Origin: Macrostomum lignano
Lineage: Eukaryota
Length of the DNA: 64,000 nucleotides
Reading direction: 5' to 3'
NCBI GenBank assembly: GCA_002269645.1
Contig: NIVC01001677.1
Coordinates: forward strand, 62,001 to 126,000
The position numbers were made by a program, and so were the translations under genes. Below the pieces are notes generated by a model that did no database searches, was not told the DNA's origin, and saw nothing but the letters and a program-made list of their open reading frames with translations. How positions within the stretch are numbered: position 1 is the stretch's first letter; every line of letters begins with the position of its first letter. Shown here piece by piece: positions 50,478-63,835 of this stretch.

Positions 50478-52197
50478 GATAGCTGGCGTCCCCCCTTTAG
50501 CTGGCGCCCCCTCTGTAGCTGGCGCCCCTCTGTAGCTGGCACCCCCTCTGTAACTGGCACCCCTCTGTAGCTGGCGCCCCCTCTGTAGCTGGCACCCCCT
50601 CTGTAGCTGGCGCCCCCTCTGTAGTTGGCGTCCCCCCTTTAGCTAGCGCCCCCACTGTAGCTGGCGTCCCCCCTTTAGCTTGCGCCCCCTCTGTAGCTGG
50701 CACCCCCTCTGTAGCTGGCACCCCCTCCGTAGCTGGCACCCCCTCTGTAGCTGGCGCCCCCTCTGTAACTGGCACCCCTCTGTAGCTGGCGCCCCCTCTG
50801 TAGCTGGCACCCCCTCTGTAGCTGGCACCCCCTCTGTAGCTGGCACCCCCTCTGTAGCTGGCGCCCCCTTTGTAGCTGGCGCCCCTCTGTAGCTTGCGTC
50901 CCCCTTTAGCTAGCGCCCCCTCTGTAGCTGGCACCCCCTGTAGCTGGCGTCCCCCCTTTAGCTGGCGCCCCCTCTGTAGCTGGCGTCCCCCCTTTAGCTG
51001 GCGCCCCCTCTGTAGCTGGCGCCCCTCTGTAGCTGGCACCCCCTCTGTAACTGGCACCCCTCTGTAGCTGGCGCCCCCTCTGTAGCTGGCACCCCCTCTG
51101 TAGCTGGCGCCCCCTCTGTAGCTGGCACCCTCTCTGTAGCTGGCACCCCCACTGTAGCTGGCGTCCCCCCTTTAGCTTGCACCCCCTCTGTAGCTGGCGC
51201 CCCCTCTGTAGCTGGCGCCCCCTCTGTAGCTGGCGTCCCCCCTTTAGCTAGCGCCCCCACTGTAGCTGGCGTCCCCCCTTTAGCTAGCGCCCCCTCTGTA
51301 GCTGGCACCCCCTCTGTAGCTGGCACCCCCTCTGTAGCTGGCACCCCCTCTGTAGCTGGCGCCCCCTCTGTAACTGGCACCCCCTCTGTAGCTGGCACCC
51401 CCTCTGTAGCTGGCGCCCCCTTTGTAGCTGGCGCCCCCTCTGTAGCTTGCGTCCCCCCTTTAGCTAGCGCCCCCTCTGTAGCTGGCACCCCCTGTAGCTG
51501 GCACCCCCTCTGTAGCTGGCGCCCCCTCTGTAACTGGCACCCCCTCTGTAGCTGGCACCCCCTCTGTAGCTGGCGCCCCCTTTGTAGCTGGCGCCCCCTC
51601 TGTAGCTTGCGTCCCCCCTTTAGCTAGCGCCCCCTCTGTAGCTGGCACCCCCTGTAGCTGGCGTCCCCCCTTTAGCTGGCGCCCCCTCTGTAGCTGGCGT
51701 CCCCCTTTAGCTGGCGCCCCCTCTGTAGCTGGCGCCCCTCTGTAGCTGGCACCCCCTCTGTAACTGGCACCCCTCTGTAGCTGGCGCCCCCTCTGTAGCT
51801 GGCACCCCCTCTGTAGCTGGCGCCCCCTCTGTAGCTGGCACCCTCTCTGTAGCTGGCACCCCCACTGTAGCTGGCGTCCCCCCTTTAGCTTGCGCCCCCT
51901 CTGTAGCTGGCGCCCCCTCTGTAGCTGGCGCCCCCTCTGTAGCTGGCGTCCCCCCTTTAGCTAGCGCCCCCACTGTAGCTGGCGTCCCCCCTTTAGCTAG
52001 CGCCCCCTCTGTAGCTGGCACCCCTCTGTAGCTGGCGCCCCCTCTGTAGCTGGCACCCCCTCTGTAGCTGGCGCCCCCTTTGTAGCTGGCGCCCCCTCTG
52101 TAGCTGGCACCCCCTCTGTAGCTGGCACCCCCTCTGTAGCTGGCGCCCCCTTTGTAGCTGGCGCCCCCTCTGTAGCTGGCACCCCCACTGTAGCTGA
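50478..52197. repeat. ~18-21-bp array (tgtagctggcgccccctc) with block-level duplications
   Basis: Direct periodicity. Confidence 0.95.
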
Positions 52198-52972
52198 CGG
52201 ATTCGACCTTGTGATCCAGATGGAAATATCATATTTTTGTCATGAAATGAAGAATTTTTTATTGCTCAAGTAATATAATCTTCGTGCCATGTCGATTAAA
52301 ATTTACCGGGGCAGCTGAAGATGCCACAGGCAATTTGAGGATGAAATGAAACGAAAGATTTTGCAATTAGCACCCAGCATTTTGGCACAGGCAATTAAAT
52401 GGATGCCTTGATTTTAGGGCTAATTAGCTTTTAGCCCGGAGGAAACTGCTGCGCATGGCTGCTGTCTCTGGATGCCTCTGGCTAACAAATAACTTCAAAA
52501 TGGAACTGAGATTTTGCTGGAAGCTAAAAAATGATCGATGAAATGGAACAGCGAGAAAGCAGGACATGGTGGTCCCTGCTAACAAGGCAAATTTGTCTGT
52601 CAATGCTTATTACACTTGTTTAATATTTCATGACAGCTAGCTGCCTTAAGCGTCATACTCCTCGACACTTTTAAGATTTAAGTCAGATATGAAACATTCG
52701 TACAATATATTTAGCTATCGTCGAAAGAACACTAAGTCCGGAAAGTTTTTCTCAAATTAGCATAAATAAAAATCAGAGTGAAAATTTATGCCCGCTTGAA
52801 TTCGCTTTAAGATCTGGCACTATGATGAGGAAGGAGTCTCACTAATTACGGTTTTCTTACTTTCCTCCCCATTACAAAGGCAAAGAAATTGGACTTCTGA
52901 AACTTCAACGGTCGAATAGGTTACCACCATTAATCAGGCAACTTCAAAGCGTCAAAAATACCAACGACTCGG

Positions 52973-55900
52973 ATGCTTTCCTCTGTCCTATGGGTGCTGC
53001 TAATCTGGTTCTCAGTAGCGACGGCAGACGACACGCCAAAAGTAGACGGCTACTGCCAAGCAGGAGACTTCATGCTGGTCGGACTGCACGGATCGAGCTA
53101 TTGCACTGGCCACCCAACGGAGTCCGAGTACCTGCGTCAGGTTGCGCCCCATTTCTTACGAAGAAAGTTGGCAGCGAAGCCGGGCACAATATTCAGCCAG
53201 AGTGAAAACCTCACTTTAGGAGTCGTTTTTCTCGACACCTGCTTCTCCGAGGCTAAAGGTGCCGCTGTTGCGAGTCGAGTTCGAGCTGCTTGGAGACGTC
53301 CAGCTCTGTTGGAAACTGGAGACCGGTGCAGTATGCTCAATGGCATAGATCCCGACCCGGTGTACCTGGTGCACGGCGTGATCGGCGGCTGGTCCAGCGC
53401 TGTCACACAGACGATGCTGTTCCCGTTGCAGAACGAAGCTCTGCCCACAGTCGGAACCGAGTGCAGCAGCGACTCGCTCAGCGATCGAGTTCGGTTCCCC
53501 AACTTTGTACGACTGGTGAGTCCGGACTCATATCAAGCGATGGTGATCATCGACCTGCTCCGCGAGTTCAACTGGACGTACATCGGTCTGCTCTACGATC
53601 CAGGAAGTGTCTACAACACAAACATCGCTCTTCAGTTGTCATCCAGTCTTCCAGGCCGATTTCCTAGCGCCTGTTTTGCGTTCATTATTCCGATGACTAG
53701 CAACACAGAACCAATGGAGTTAAAAGAGGCTATAAAACAGAAGCCAAACTTGCGAGCTCTGATTTGGCTGAAGGACGTTAATGACAACTTGAAAAGCGTC
53801 GACTTACTAAAAGCAGTTGGAAGGACTGGAGTGTTTGTCATAATGGCGGATGAGAACTACAATCAAAATATCTATACAAACAACTCCTTCACCGTCTACT
53901 TCAATATGTTCCCAACACCCGACTTGATGCAGTGGTACCTGAACCTTACCTACTCTGACCTCTCTAAGATGTACAACGGTGCAATCATGTTTGATCAGCT
54001 GATGAACTGCTCAACGTGTGCCTGTTGCACTACGAACTCGTCTCGTCGAGTGTCCGAGTCGAGCAGCTTCACCCCGTCCAGCATTGTCGCTCCAGTCGCT
54101 CGGATGCTGGACGCGTTTCTCTTGTTCGCCCACGCGATCGACGCGGTGGCCAGGTCGGAGTGCGCGACCAGCCTGGAGCCGAGGCTGAACAAGTCGGCGC
54201 TGCTGCAGTGCGTGACCGGACCGCTGCTGCTGAGGCAGCTGTACCGAACGAACTTCACCGGCTACACGGGAGAGGTGAAGCTCGACAGCAATGGAAACGG
54301 TCCCGCTTCCTATGTTGTGCTCTACCAGAGCAGCAAACAGGTGAGCTCGAGAGTGACTGTCGGTGTGTGGAGCTCTGAGCACGGTCTCAGCATGAATCGA
54401 AGCCTGATCTCGTGGCCTGGAGACGCGAGCGACCAACGCTCGGTACCAACGAGTGTGTGCTCTCTACCGTGCGGCAATCGCGAGTACCGAGTGCAGGTGA
54501 GCAAGTGCTGCTGGGTGTGCAGACCGTGCAGCTCCGACGAGATCGTAGGTCGAACGGTACGTTGTGCGAAAGTGCGCCTCGCTTACCTGGCCGAGCTCGA
54601 ACTACTCTCGCTGCGAGCCGCTCGCGCTGACCGTCCTCCGACCGAGTGACACTAGCGGCATCGTGTTCATCGGCGTGTCGGCGCTCGGCTCTGCGGTCAC
54701 CATGGCGACCGGAGTGTTCTTCTTGGCCAGGTCGAACGTGCCGCTGCTGAAGGCGTCCTCGCTAGAGCTGAGCGTGTTCCAACAGGTCGGCATCCAGCTC
54801 GGACTCGTCGACGGCGCTGTTCTTCGGTGAGCCGTCGCTCACCGTGTGCAACGTGCAGGCGTTTCTGTACCACTTCAGCCTCACGATGGTGTACGCGGCT
54901 CTGCTGACCAAGAGCGCTCGGATCTACCGCGTGTTCGTGGGCTCCATGCGCGGCACATCTGGACTGAAATTCACAGGGCGCAGGGCTGTAGTTGTCATGA
55001 CAATTGCAGTTTGTATGTTGCAGGTGAGACATTTATGAAACGCAATTCTATTTTGAAAAATGCGTATTTTTTTTCAATTGAATAGTCTTTTTCAAGTTAC
55101 GTCAACAGTGGTATGATACAGACACAGAAGCCGTCTGAAGGCAAACTTCCGTTCTCTGCTTGGTTGCAAGGGAGCGTTAATATCTTTGTAATCGGCAAAT
55201 CTTGGATGAAGTCGCTGACAAGATCACTATTGACTGGGTATACAAATGAAAAAGGAGCTGCTGCTGCTGCTGCTGTTTTTATCGATCGAATTGAGTAATC
55301 ACATTAGGCAGTTCGTGGCAGTTTTTTCAAAGCTGACAAAGTCCGAGTCTTCAAGCAATTGCCGACTACAAGCAGCTCCAACGTGTCATATCGTCTTCCA
55401 ATGCATAACGATAAAGTACGTTTTCGGTTGAAAGTTTCGCTAGAAAGCTCAATACTCAATTAGAACTGCCTAAATTCAGTCTTTGCTCGTACTTCCTAAT
55501 AAGTATCCTAACTTCTTCCTCCTTTTTCGTTTGTTTTGCTGCTCAATACGGTTGTAAATTTAAGAAGTTCCATATTGAGTAGGAAAAGGCTTCGTCAGCC
55601 AAAGAGTCTGCTAGGTGAACCCGGGAGCAAACTTGGCAGCTTACTTATCGAGGTGCGGGGTCCATAGTTCACTTTTTGGAGGTTGGAAACGTGATACGAG
55701 CTAAGTAGTGCTTTGGGATTAAGGGATTAATAAAGCAGAGGATAATGACTCCGTGCTACTTTACTAGGCAAGAGTTTAGGCCTTGTCCTAGCTCCAAATT
55801 GAGTGGCAAAGGATGCTGTTTCAGCCTCCTAATTTAACCGGATAAACCAGAACCTGATCGTCAAAAACCTGGACGATGAAAAATTTTACAACCTTTTTAA

Positions 55901-56552
55901 GCCGGAACTTGTTCTTTAAGAATCTATTTCCAGGAGTACAACGTCGTTTGCTTAAGCCTTATTTTTAAAATTGCAAAAAAGTATTTTCCAAGTGCTTCTG
56001 TCTCATAATCCAACACAGCACTGTGCGATCATACTGAACGCACTGCATAACACATCACTCTGTAGCATCTACCTGAACCTTCACGACACTCAGGTGGTGC
56101 TTCTGTGCAGCGTTCTCAGTACGCGTCCGATCCGCCCCGTCAAGCAGCTGCTCAACGGCCTCCGATCCGACGCCAGACCCGTCGTGGAGTTCCAGTGCGA
56201 CTACTTCTCCAGCAGCCTGTGGATTCCGTACGCGCTCAACCTGCTGCTCATGCTGGTCACGTGCTCGCTGGCCGTGCGAGTTCGCAGCCTGCCGGACAAT
56301 TTCCACGACAGCAAGTGCATCCTGGCCTTCACGGCGTGCGCCACCTTCGTGTGGATCGCCTTCATTCCCAGCCTCGTCACGATGGCCTCGCTGACGTCAG
56401 CAGGCGCTCTGCTGATCTTCGTTCTGCTTTTCACCAACCTGTTCGCGGTGAGCATCCTGTTCCTGCCCAAGGTCTACGCCGTTGTGTTCGATAAGTCCGA
56501 CAACGCCAAGCACTACAACAACAGTGTATTGGACGCCACAGGGACACAGTAG
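52973..56552 (+). CDS. Class C GPCR, paralog B; exons 52973-55023 and 56094-56552; three small deletions relative to A (~54550, ~54570, ~54811) shift the frame, so either a pseudogene or consensus error
   Basis: Same domain order and intron position as paralog A; restoring 4 nt gives an intact frame. Confidence 0.88.
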
Positions 56553-57149
56553 AAGAAACGCTGGATTGCAATTAATGGCTTTGATCTTGCACACTATAGT
56601 TATCATAGTAACACTTTTAGTTGTCCTTATTATTATTTACTGTTTAAACACTTGAAAGATTAGGTGCGTATTACGTTAACTGGCGAGTGAAGACTACACT
56701 GACATTGCCGTGATGCCAAGATGGTATCAGACGGCTGAATCGAAAGTACTTCTATAGAAACAAGACTCGATGGTTAGATTCTACTTGTATAATTTGGTGC
56801 AGAGTGCCTGTTTAACACAGAAAGTTAACCAGAGAAATGGAAATTTGGATTTCGACACCGACACCACGCTAACGCAACCCCATTATATCATTACAAAATC
56901 TGCAAGTCACAATCTCTTGGATTATAAGAAAATCTATTTTCCGTTATTAGACCCCATATTTAAGGAGACACCACCAATGACACACCCTTTATTCGCACGC
57001 ACTTTTGAATTTTCTAGTTAAGTCTTAAATTGTCTGCCCAAAGAGCCTTAAAAACGTCTGGTCCATATACGACGTATTGTATGCCTAATAATTTGACATA
57101 TTATTTAGAGTATTGTATAATCTAAACGACCTAAAAAGAATAAACATAA

Positions 57150-57230
57150 CCGTAATCTAAATCCTAATTCATTATCCCTAACATAAACCGTAGGCTAAAA
57201 CCCAATCTAAACCTTAACCCTAACCTAAAT
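57150..57230 (-). repeat. Short degenerate (CCTAA/CCCTAA)-rich tract
   Basis: aatctaaatcctaa...ccttaaccctaacctaaa. Confidence 0.5.
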
Positions 57231-57764
57231 CGTCGGCAGTCAATTGTCGTGCTCCCAATCTACCATTTGCTACAAGTGCACAATTTGGTTTGAAAAAACC
57301 CGACAGCATATTAGAGCTTGCGTTTGCGCGCACACACACACACACATGCACAGGATCGAAATGGAAAGTAAATTTCATCTTTGTTAAACGCACGAAATTT
57401 AGGCATGCACAAGTTGTTAACTGTTCCAAGAATTTTTTTCCTGTTCGATAAGCTTCGAAGTTGATAGCGATGCACTTTAACGCACAAGAACTTTAGCTGA
57501 CGTCTCTAAATATAAAATGCATCCCCAAGAAGGCATTTCCCGTCGCTAATTCTTTGACTTGGCTGCTTCATTTCTCCAATATAGTGTTCATTAAGGCAAA
57601 CTTTTATAGCTCATTGAGATCTTTTTTGAGCAATCAAGGCGAATTTGTTTCAATGTCAATGTACGTCTTAAAATTTGATGGATTGAAATTCGTATGAAAT
57701 GTAACCTTTGTTATTGCAATTTTAAATTTGAACGTTTCGACAGACACTGTCAGATAATTGTAGG

Positions 57765-59845
57765 TGTTGTAAATGCTGCGTCGCTCTCTTTCCCCTTGGC
57801 TCTGGTTGGCCGATGGGCCAGGCCGGGGTTTGGGGGCGCACGTCTCACCCCGGCCTGACCTACGTTCTGTTCAGTTTTCTTCTCTGCCCTGTGCCGCGGC
57901 GGCTTGTGATTGGCTGTCTGGTGGGGTGGGAGTGTGGGAGTGGCTGTCCGCTTGCTGCCCGTCCCCCTGGCCCCTCCCCTTCTGCTATTTAAAGAGCGCG
58001 CCTTGACCCAACCCGTGTTCCAAGGGTCTACGACGTTTGCCTGCGGGACGTTTGCCAGCCGACGTTTGCCAGCCGACGTTTGCCAGCCGACGTTTGCCAG
58101 CCGACGTTTGCCAGCCGACGTTTGCCTGCCGAAAGTTTGCCAGCTAAAATTTGCTAGCCAATAAAGCGTATAAAGTATAAAGCCAGTCAGTGAAAAATTT
58201 GATACTGAAATATTCGCAGTTTAGCGGTTTGACAAAAACCGTTTTTACTCCAACTTTTTGACGGTTATTTGCATATATACAAGTTTGAAAGCAAAATATA
58301 TATAAATTATGCAATTTATTAGTCTAACATCTAATATCTAGTTTAATAACGATTTTCTTTTAATGTGAAAATATAGTTTACTTAAGTTTTGACAATTGTG
58401 TATCCTTTTTTCTAGTTTGAGATGTTTGATTTTTGATGTGCGAAAGAAGACGCGCAGATTAAAACGGGAATCTCCAGCGATTTAAGGTATGAAGCAAACA
58501 AAAAGAGCTGCTGAGCGGTAATTCTGGCTCATATATTTCTCAGTTCATTGGGAGATCCGAAAGTAAGCAAATTGATTCCAATGCTGTTGTATTACTACTC
58601 AAGTAAGCCAGGAAATCGCGATCTCAACGTACATGTGTAGACGAGTCGAATGCGGTAGGTTTGTATAGTAAGCTAGCTGAATAGCCAGACAAGCCGCCAG
58701 TAGCAAGAACTAGTAGGATAGCAAGCGCTAGACACTTCGTATACAAAGCTTAGTCACGCCAAGGACTACTAAAGTAGAAGGACGCGCAGCACTCGAAATC
58801 TATGGAAAATGTTTTGAAGGCCATAGGGAGATAGGAAGTTTTCATCTTTTCAGCACAACAATTGTTATTGCTTTCATACGAGGCAAACCCATGAATGTTC
58901 ATCTTTTGATATGTTGTGCCAAAATCGTTGATAGCTCGTAAACTAGGTATTGCGTTAGACTAATGAACTGCATAGTTTATATAGATTTTGCTTTCGAACT
59001 TGTATATATGCAAATAACCGTCAAAAAGTTTGAGTAAAAACGGTTGTTGTCAAACCGTTAAACTGCGAATATTTCAGTATCAAATTTTTCACTGACTGGC
59101 TTTATATTGGCTAGCAAATTTTAGCTGGCAAACTTCCAGCAGGCAAACATCGGCTGGCAAACTTCGGCTGGCAAACATCCCGCAGGCAAACGTCCGGCAG
59201 GCAAACTTCGGCTGGCAAACGTCTCGCAGGCAAACGTCGGCTGGCAAACGTCGGCTGGCAAATGTCGACTGGCAAATGTCGGCTGGCAAACGTCCCGCAG
59301 GCAAACGTCTGGCAGGCAAACTTCGGCTGGCAAACGTCCCGCAGGCAAACGTCGGCTGGCAAACGTCGGCTGGCAAATGTCGGCTGGCAAACGTCCCGCA
59401 GGCAAACGTCGGCTGGCAAACGTCGGCTGGCAAACGTCGGCTGGCAAATGTCGGCTGGCAAACGTCCCGCAGGCAAACGTCGGCTGGCAAACGTCCCGCA
59501 GGCAAACGGCGCTATCCCTGTTCCAAACCACTTGCTCTCGTGTGGCCGTGCGAAAACAGTGCAACTCAGTTTAATACTTCACACATCGTGGCCAGTAGAC
59601 CGCGGTCTGTTGCGCACTTCTGTTGTGACCAAAGTTTTGTGTGCAAATAGTACGAGTTCTCTTTCTCTTTGGGGCACCTGTGAACTCTCGCAGTAGTAGT
59701 ACCGGCCCGTTGCGGCGGTGCTAGGCTCGGGAAGCGCTGCGAACTTGAATAGCATCGAGCGTTTCCCTCTTCGGCGGCGCTTAGGCCCCTATACCCCACG
59801 CAGCTGCTTGCGTGTCTCTTTGGGCCGTCCCTGGGGGATACAACA
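57765..59845. mobile_element. Possible solo LTR (TGTTGTA...TACAACA) interrupted by the foldback element
   Basis: 7-bp inverted TG...CA termini and a TATA-like tatttaaa; no TSD found. Confidence 0.4.
58024..59518. mobile_element. Foldback-type non-autonomous DNA transposon with long modular TIRs
   Basis: Perfect 8-bp TSD TGTTCCAA (58016-58023, 59519-59526); GGG...CCC termini; inverted 14-bp arrays followed by ~200 bp of unique inverted sequence; no ORF inside. Confidence 0.88.
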
Positions 59846-61879
59846 ACAGTTCTATGGCAGAGATACTATTAGATGCTTGAATCTATTGAATACTCGCATC
59901 TACTGTAGATAGCTAAATCTTTAGACGTCAGTCAATTGGATTGCATGGGTTGTGCATCGCTTCCGACATTACTGGCCCTACTTTTATGAGACATTCACGA
60001 AGAGACGCGTAATTTCCTCTATTTCCGTTACATCTATTGTAATTAATTAAATAAGCTGTTTACACCAGGGGTTACTGCGAAGAGCAATATTTATTTGTAA
60101 GAAAAATTTACAGTGTACTTGCGATAACTGTATGAGAAACTGCAGGGAACTTTGCTTGACACAGATATACCTATATAACGACATTTGGGTTGATGATAAT
60201 ATAATTGACAGATCCAGATGAAGGCTTTTCAGGTGTTAAGAAATTATTTTATTGCCCAAACACTTCAGTGAAAATACTGCATGGTGTTTGCAACAATAAG
60301 TACAAGCGGCAGTTCAGTAAACGGTTCTGAATATTCAGATTCAGTTGTATTGTTCTACTCTAAGTAGTCAGGTCAATTCACTACTGGAGACTACCAGACG
60401 TGGAACAAAATCATAGTTGAATAAATCAGCGACATTGAATCAGTGCCCCAACATGGATTTAAGTTCAAAGTTTGATTTTCTCTTTTTTCGTGTCTAACAA
60501 CGAAATTACATTTATTAGTCTGTCGTGGATCTGAACTGAAAAGCAAGCAGATCGAGAATTGGCATCGAGTGTAGCTTCAATAGCATTTTTAATCCTGACA
60601 GCCCAAGAAATCCGATGTCTCTAAGAAGGTTTTCGCATAGCAAATAGCAATTAGTGAATCGCTCTTTGATGCAATTCTGTTTCTAAGTCAAACTTATGCA
60701 TGTTATGGAGGTCGCTGCGTTTACCTGGCTTCAAGTTAAAGAAAGCCAAACAAGTTTCAGAAGTGTCAAACAATCAATTTATCGCTCCGCAAATTCCTAT
60801 TCAGATTTTCAAAGCTTTTCTCTTGCTGCTTTTCCAATAAAATCGTAGATAAAATCGTAAAATCTACGATTTTATTCTTTGTGCTTGGCCAAATGGAAGG
60901 TGCACTAGTGCACAGCGTTTGGTTCGTCAGTAGCTTTTGGGGGCTTAGTCAATGGAATGGAGCCCGAAGTACTAGACTCCATCTTCAAGATTTGAAGCTT
61001 CGAGTTGAGTTTGGTCGAGCAGTTAGTTAAGTAATACCGAAAATGCGAAATTTCACTTCAAAGTAATCAATTTCGCTTTACAATAGCACTTTTTATCATT
61101 AAAACATAATTTAGACTCTAGTAATACCTACCTACCTACCTACAAACCATTTTTAGTATATGGATTATTCCTGAAATCACCAATTTAACATATTAATTTA
61201 CCGTTCCGCTTCGTTTTCGCTTTTAGAAATTCGAGAGTCTTCTTAACATTTTTCTAAGAAAATGAAGGAACTTATCAGAACGAGTTAAAATATGTTACGT
61301 TAATGCATTGCTTTGCAAAATATAGAATGCATAGCTACAGACAACCATACATATGCACATTACATTGTATAGTAAATTTAAATAAATACGCAAGTTACGG
61401 AATGACATCGTAATCACCGGCTTTGAATAAAAACTGACGTGAATTTCGCTGCTCTAAAAAGCTTCGACATGACTAAAAACTGACTCTACCCTCTCTAAAC
61501 AGCATAGTGCTTAATGAAGAAAACAGCAGCAAATATATGCTTCTGCTGTCTGAATCATCAACGTGACACTTAACAAGTCGACTCAGGTTGAGACAAGGCT
61601 CCACTATCTCATATTAACTCGACTTGAAACTCGTCAAGTACGATTAGCAATGCCGCGACCCCCTTTTCCAGGTCACTTCCTGGAGCTCCTATTGCTTCTA
61701 GTTCACTTCTCTGGCTCCATTTAGTAGCTTAAATTGACATCCATTTGCTAGTTTAAAGGTCTCTTCAGTAGCTTATCAAGCATAACGCATGCTTGCTGAT
61801 CCTTTGCTGTTGGTCTAATGTTGTGGATACCATGCAACCTCTAATATTTAATAGTTATTGAGGGTTTTTTTGCAAATTA

Positions 61880-63835
61880 AATATGCAGAAAGGGGAAATA
61901 GGGGAACCCCTTCCTCCTCCCCGTAGACGCATTCTGGTGCCAGACAAGACGGCCAGCAGAACGACACTTCAAATTCTACGATCGATCTTTTCAAGACAAG
62001 GCGTGCCCAGAACCCATAGTGTCAGACAACACATCGGAGTTCTGCGACGGCGAGCTTCAGCAGTGGCTATGGCGCATTGAGTGCAACCTGGGGCACTGTT
62101 CATCGAACCATCCTCAGTTCAAGGTGTAGTGTGAGCATCTTTGCGTATATTTTGTTGTAAATTGACTGCATTAGTTTCTATATTGTTATTGAATTGTTAT
62201 TTTGCTTTAGTTTAGTCATGCGTTTTTTTGTGTACTTTTTCTAGTTGGTTGAAATCTAAAATTGTAAACAGGTTAGAGTTAGACGCCAAATTTTGTGACT
62301 CAGCGGAGGGTTGAGTTTGTCTGCGAACCCCAGCTTTGCGCGGTCAGCCAATCAGAACCGGCCTGGACCCTGGCACGCGGCAAGTTTCAATTCTACCCGG
62401 CGCCGCGGGCACAGTGCCATTCGGCTTAAGCAAGCGGCCGGCCAGACGACCACCACCCGGCTTGAGGGGGGTTTTGAGGGGTTGTGACTCTGACTATAAA
62501 TGAATGTGTGTTTGGCAATCGGATCTCGCCTTCTCCTCTCTTCCCCGGTTTTGTCTTGTCTCCCGGCCGGTGGCCTAGCTGTTTCCCTTTGGTTCGCGCT
62601 TTGAGGCGCCTGAATTCATCACCCCCGGTCCATATTTTTGTTCCCGCTCAACCGCAGTAGTCTTGTGGCGTAACGTCTACGGCAAATTTCTGTCTGAAGT
62701 CGTCGCTATCAAGCGCGGTTAGATAGAGACTGTCGGATCTGATCAAGTACGCGGCCTCGACCCCGAGGGCCCCAGTGTTACACTGAAGGGCAGTGCCGAT
62801 AGAACTTAGTCGGTACTCCGTTGAACGGTCGATTCGGCAGGGCTCTCGTTTGAGTGTAGGTTCTGGCTTAGGCCAGGGGTTAGGAGTCTTTCTCCGTGGT
62901 CGTGTTCGGTTCTTCTCCTTCTTCTTCAGCTGAGATCCGCTTGTCAGTGCGTAATATAATCATTATTATTAATCGTTACTATTCGTTATCATCAGTCTAA
63001 TTATCTGCGTCGCGAATTTGCTTGAATCCTGTAACTTGAATAATCAAATTAAACCGTCTAGCCAATTATCAGTTGTATCACGTAGGATTATCACTCTCTA
63101 AATCTTTCGGTTTGTGTTCCCTCGTGTTCTTTATTTTCTTGTACTGTACCTGCGGCAATTGGAGAAAGACTGGTATGACTCGCCGACCGGCGATAGGCGA
63201 TTAGGATTAATAGCTTTAAAATCTCCAAACGCTCCAAGTAGGTTTGTCTAGGGCCTAAATAATTGCTTACCGTGCATGCTATTATCTAATTGCCTATTTA
63301 TCACAAAGGGCTGCTCAGAGTGCATGGTCAGCCTACTTCTCAAAGTGCATGGTGCACAGCGGCTCCTTAGAGGCCAACCTGGCCAAGTTGCTGCTCAACT
63401 ACCGGTCGATAGCACGGTGGGACGGCCGAGGCAGTCCATCAGCGCTAAAAATGGGCCGACAGCTGAGGAGCCCTCTGACTATGACATTCGAGACCGACGT
63501 GCCGATAATTTACGCTCGTATCAGCCTGTCTCCGGTGCATCTACCGAGATAGCCATGTTTCGGCGTTCAGGCAGGCAGTAACACGGCTGCAGTGGTCATT
63601 CGAGACAACAACCGGTCGGTGCTCGCCCATCGAGACCAAAGCTTCCAGCGGACACGGCGTCCACGCCCCTCCAGCAGCAAGGGACCGGAGGCGAAATGGA
63701 GCAGTTGGCTTGGAGAGACTGCTGATGAGTCCGAGTCCGAGAGCTCGACCGCAAGAACTCAGGAGACCAACGCACCTTCCGAGCTGCAACAGAAGAGTCC
63801 ATCCCCAGCGGCTTACGCCTCGGTGGTGAGGCGGA
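61880..63835 (+). mobile_element. Degenerate Ty3/Gypsy pol (integrase) fragment, split by a solo LTR
   Basis: TTLQILRSIFSRQGVP-IVSDN..EF, HPQ.KG..E.MV, LAKLLLNYRS...SPSALKMGRQLRSPL, HRDQ; frameshifts and stops present. Confidence 0.85.
62125..63305. mobile_element. Solo LTR (1181 bp)
   Basis: TGT...ACA termini with 4-bp TSD AAGG (62121-62124, 63306-63309); removal rejoins the integrase HPQ.NG region. Confidence 0.85.

Noticed and set aside
62294-62781. Second LTR (tgtgac...gttaca) nested inside the solo LTR
   Set aside because: No target-site duplication.
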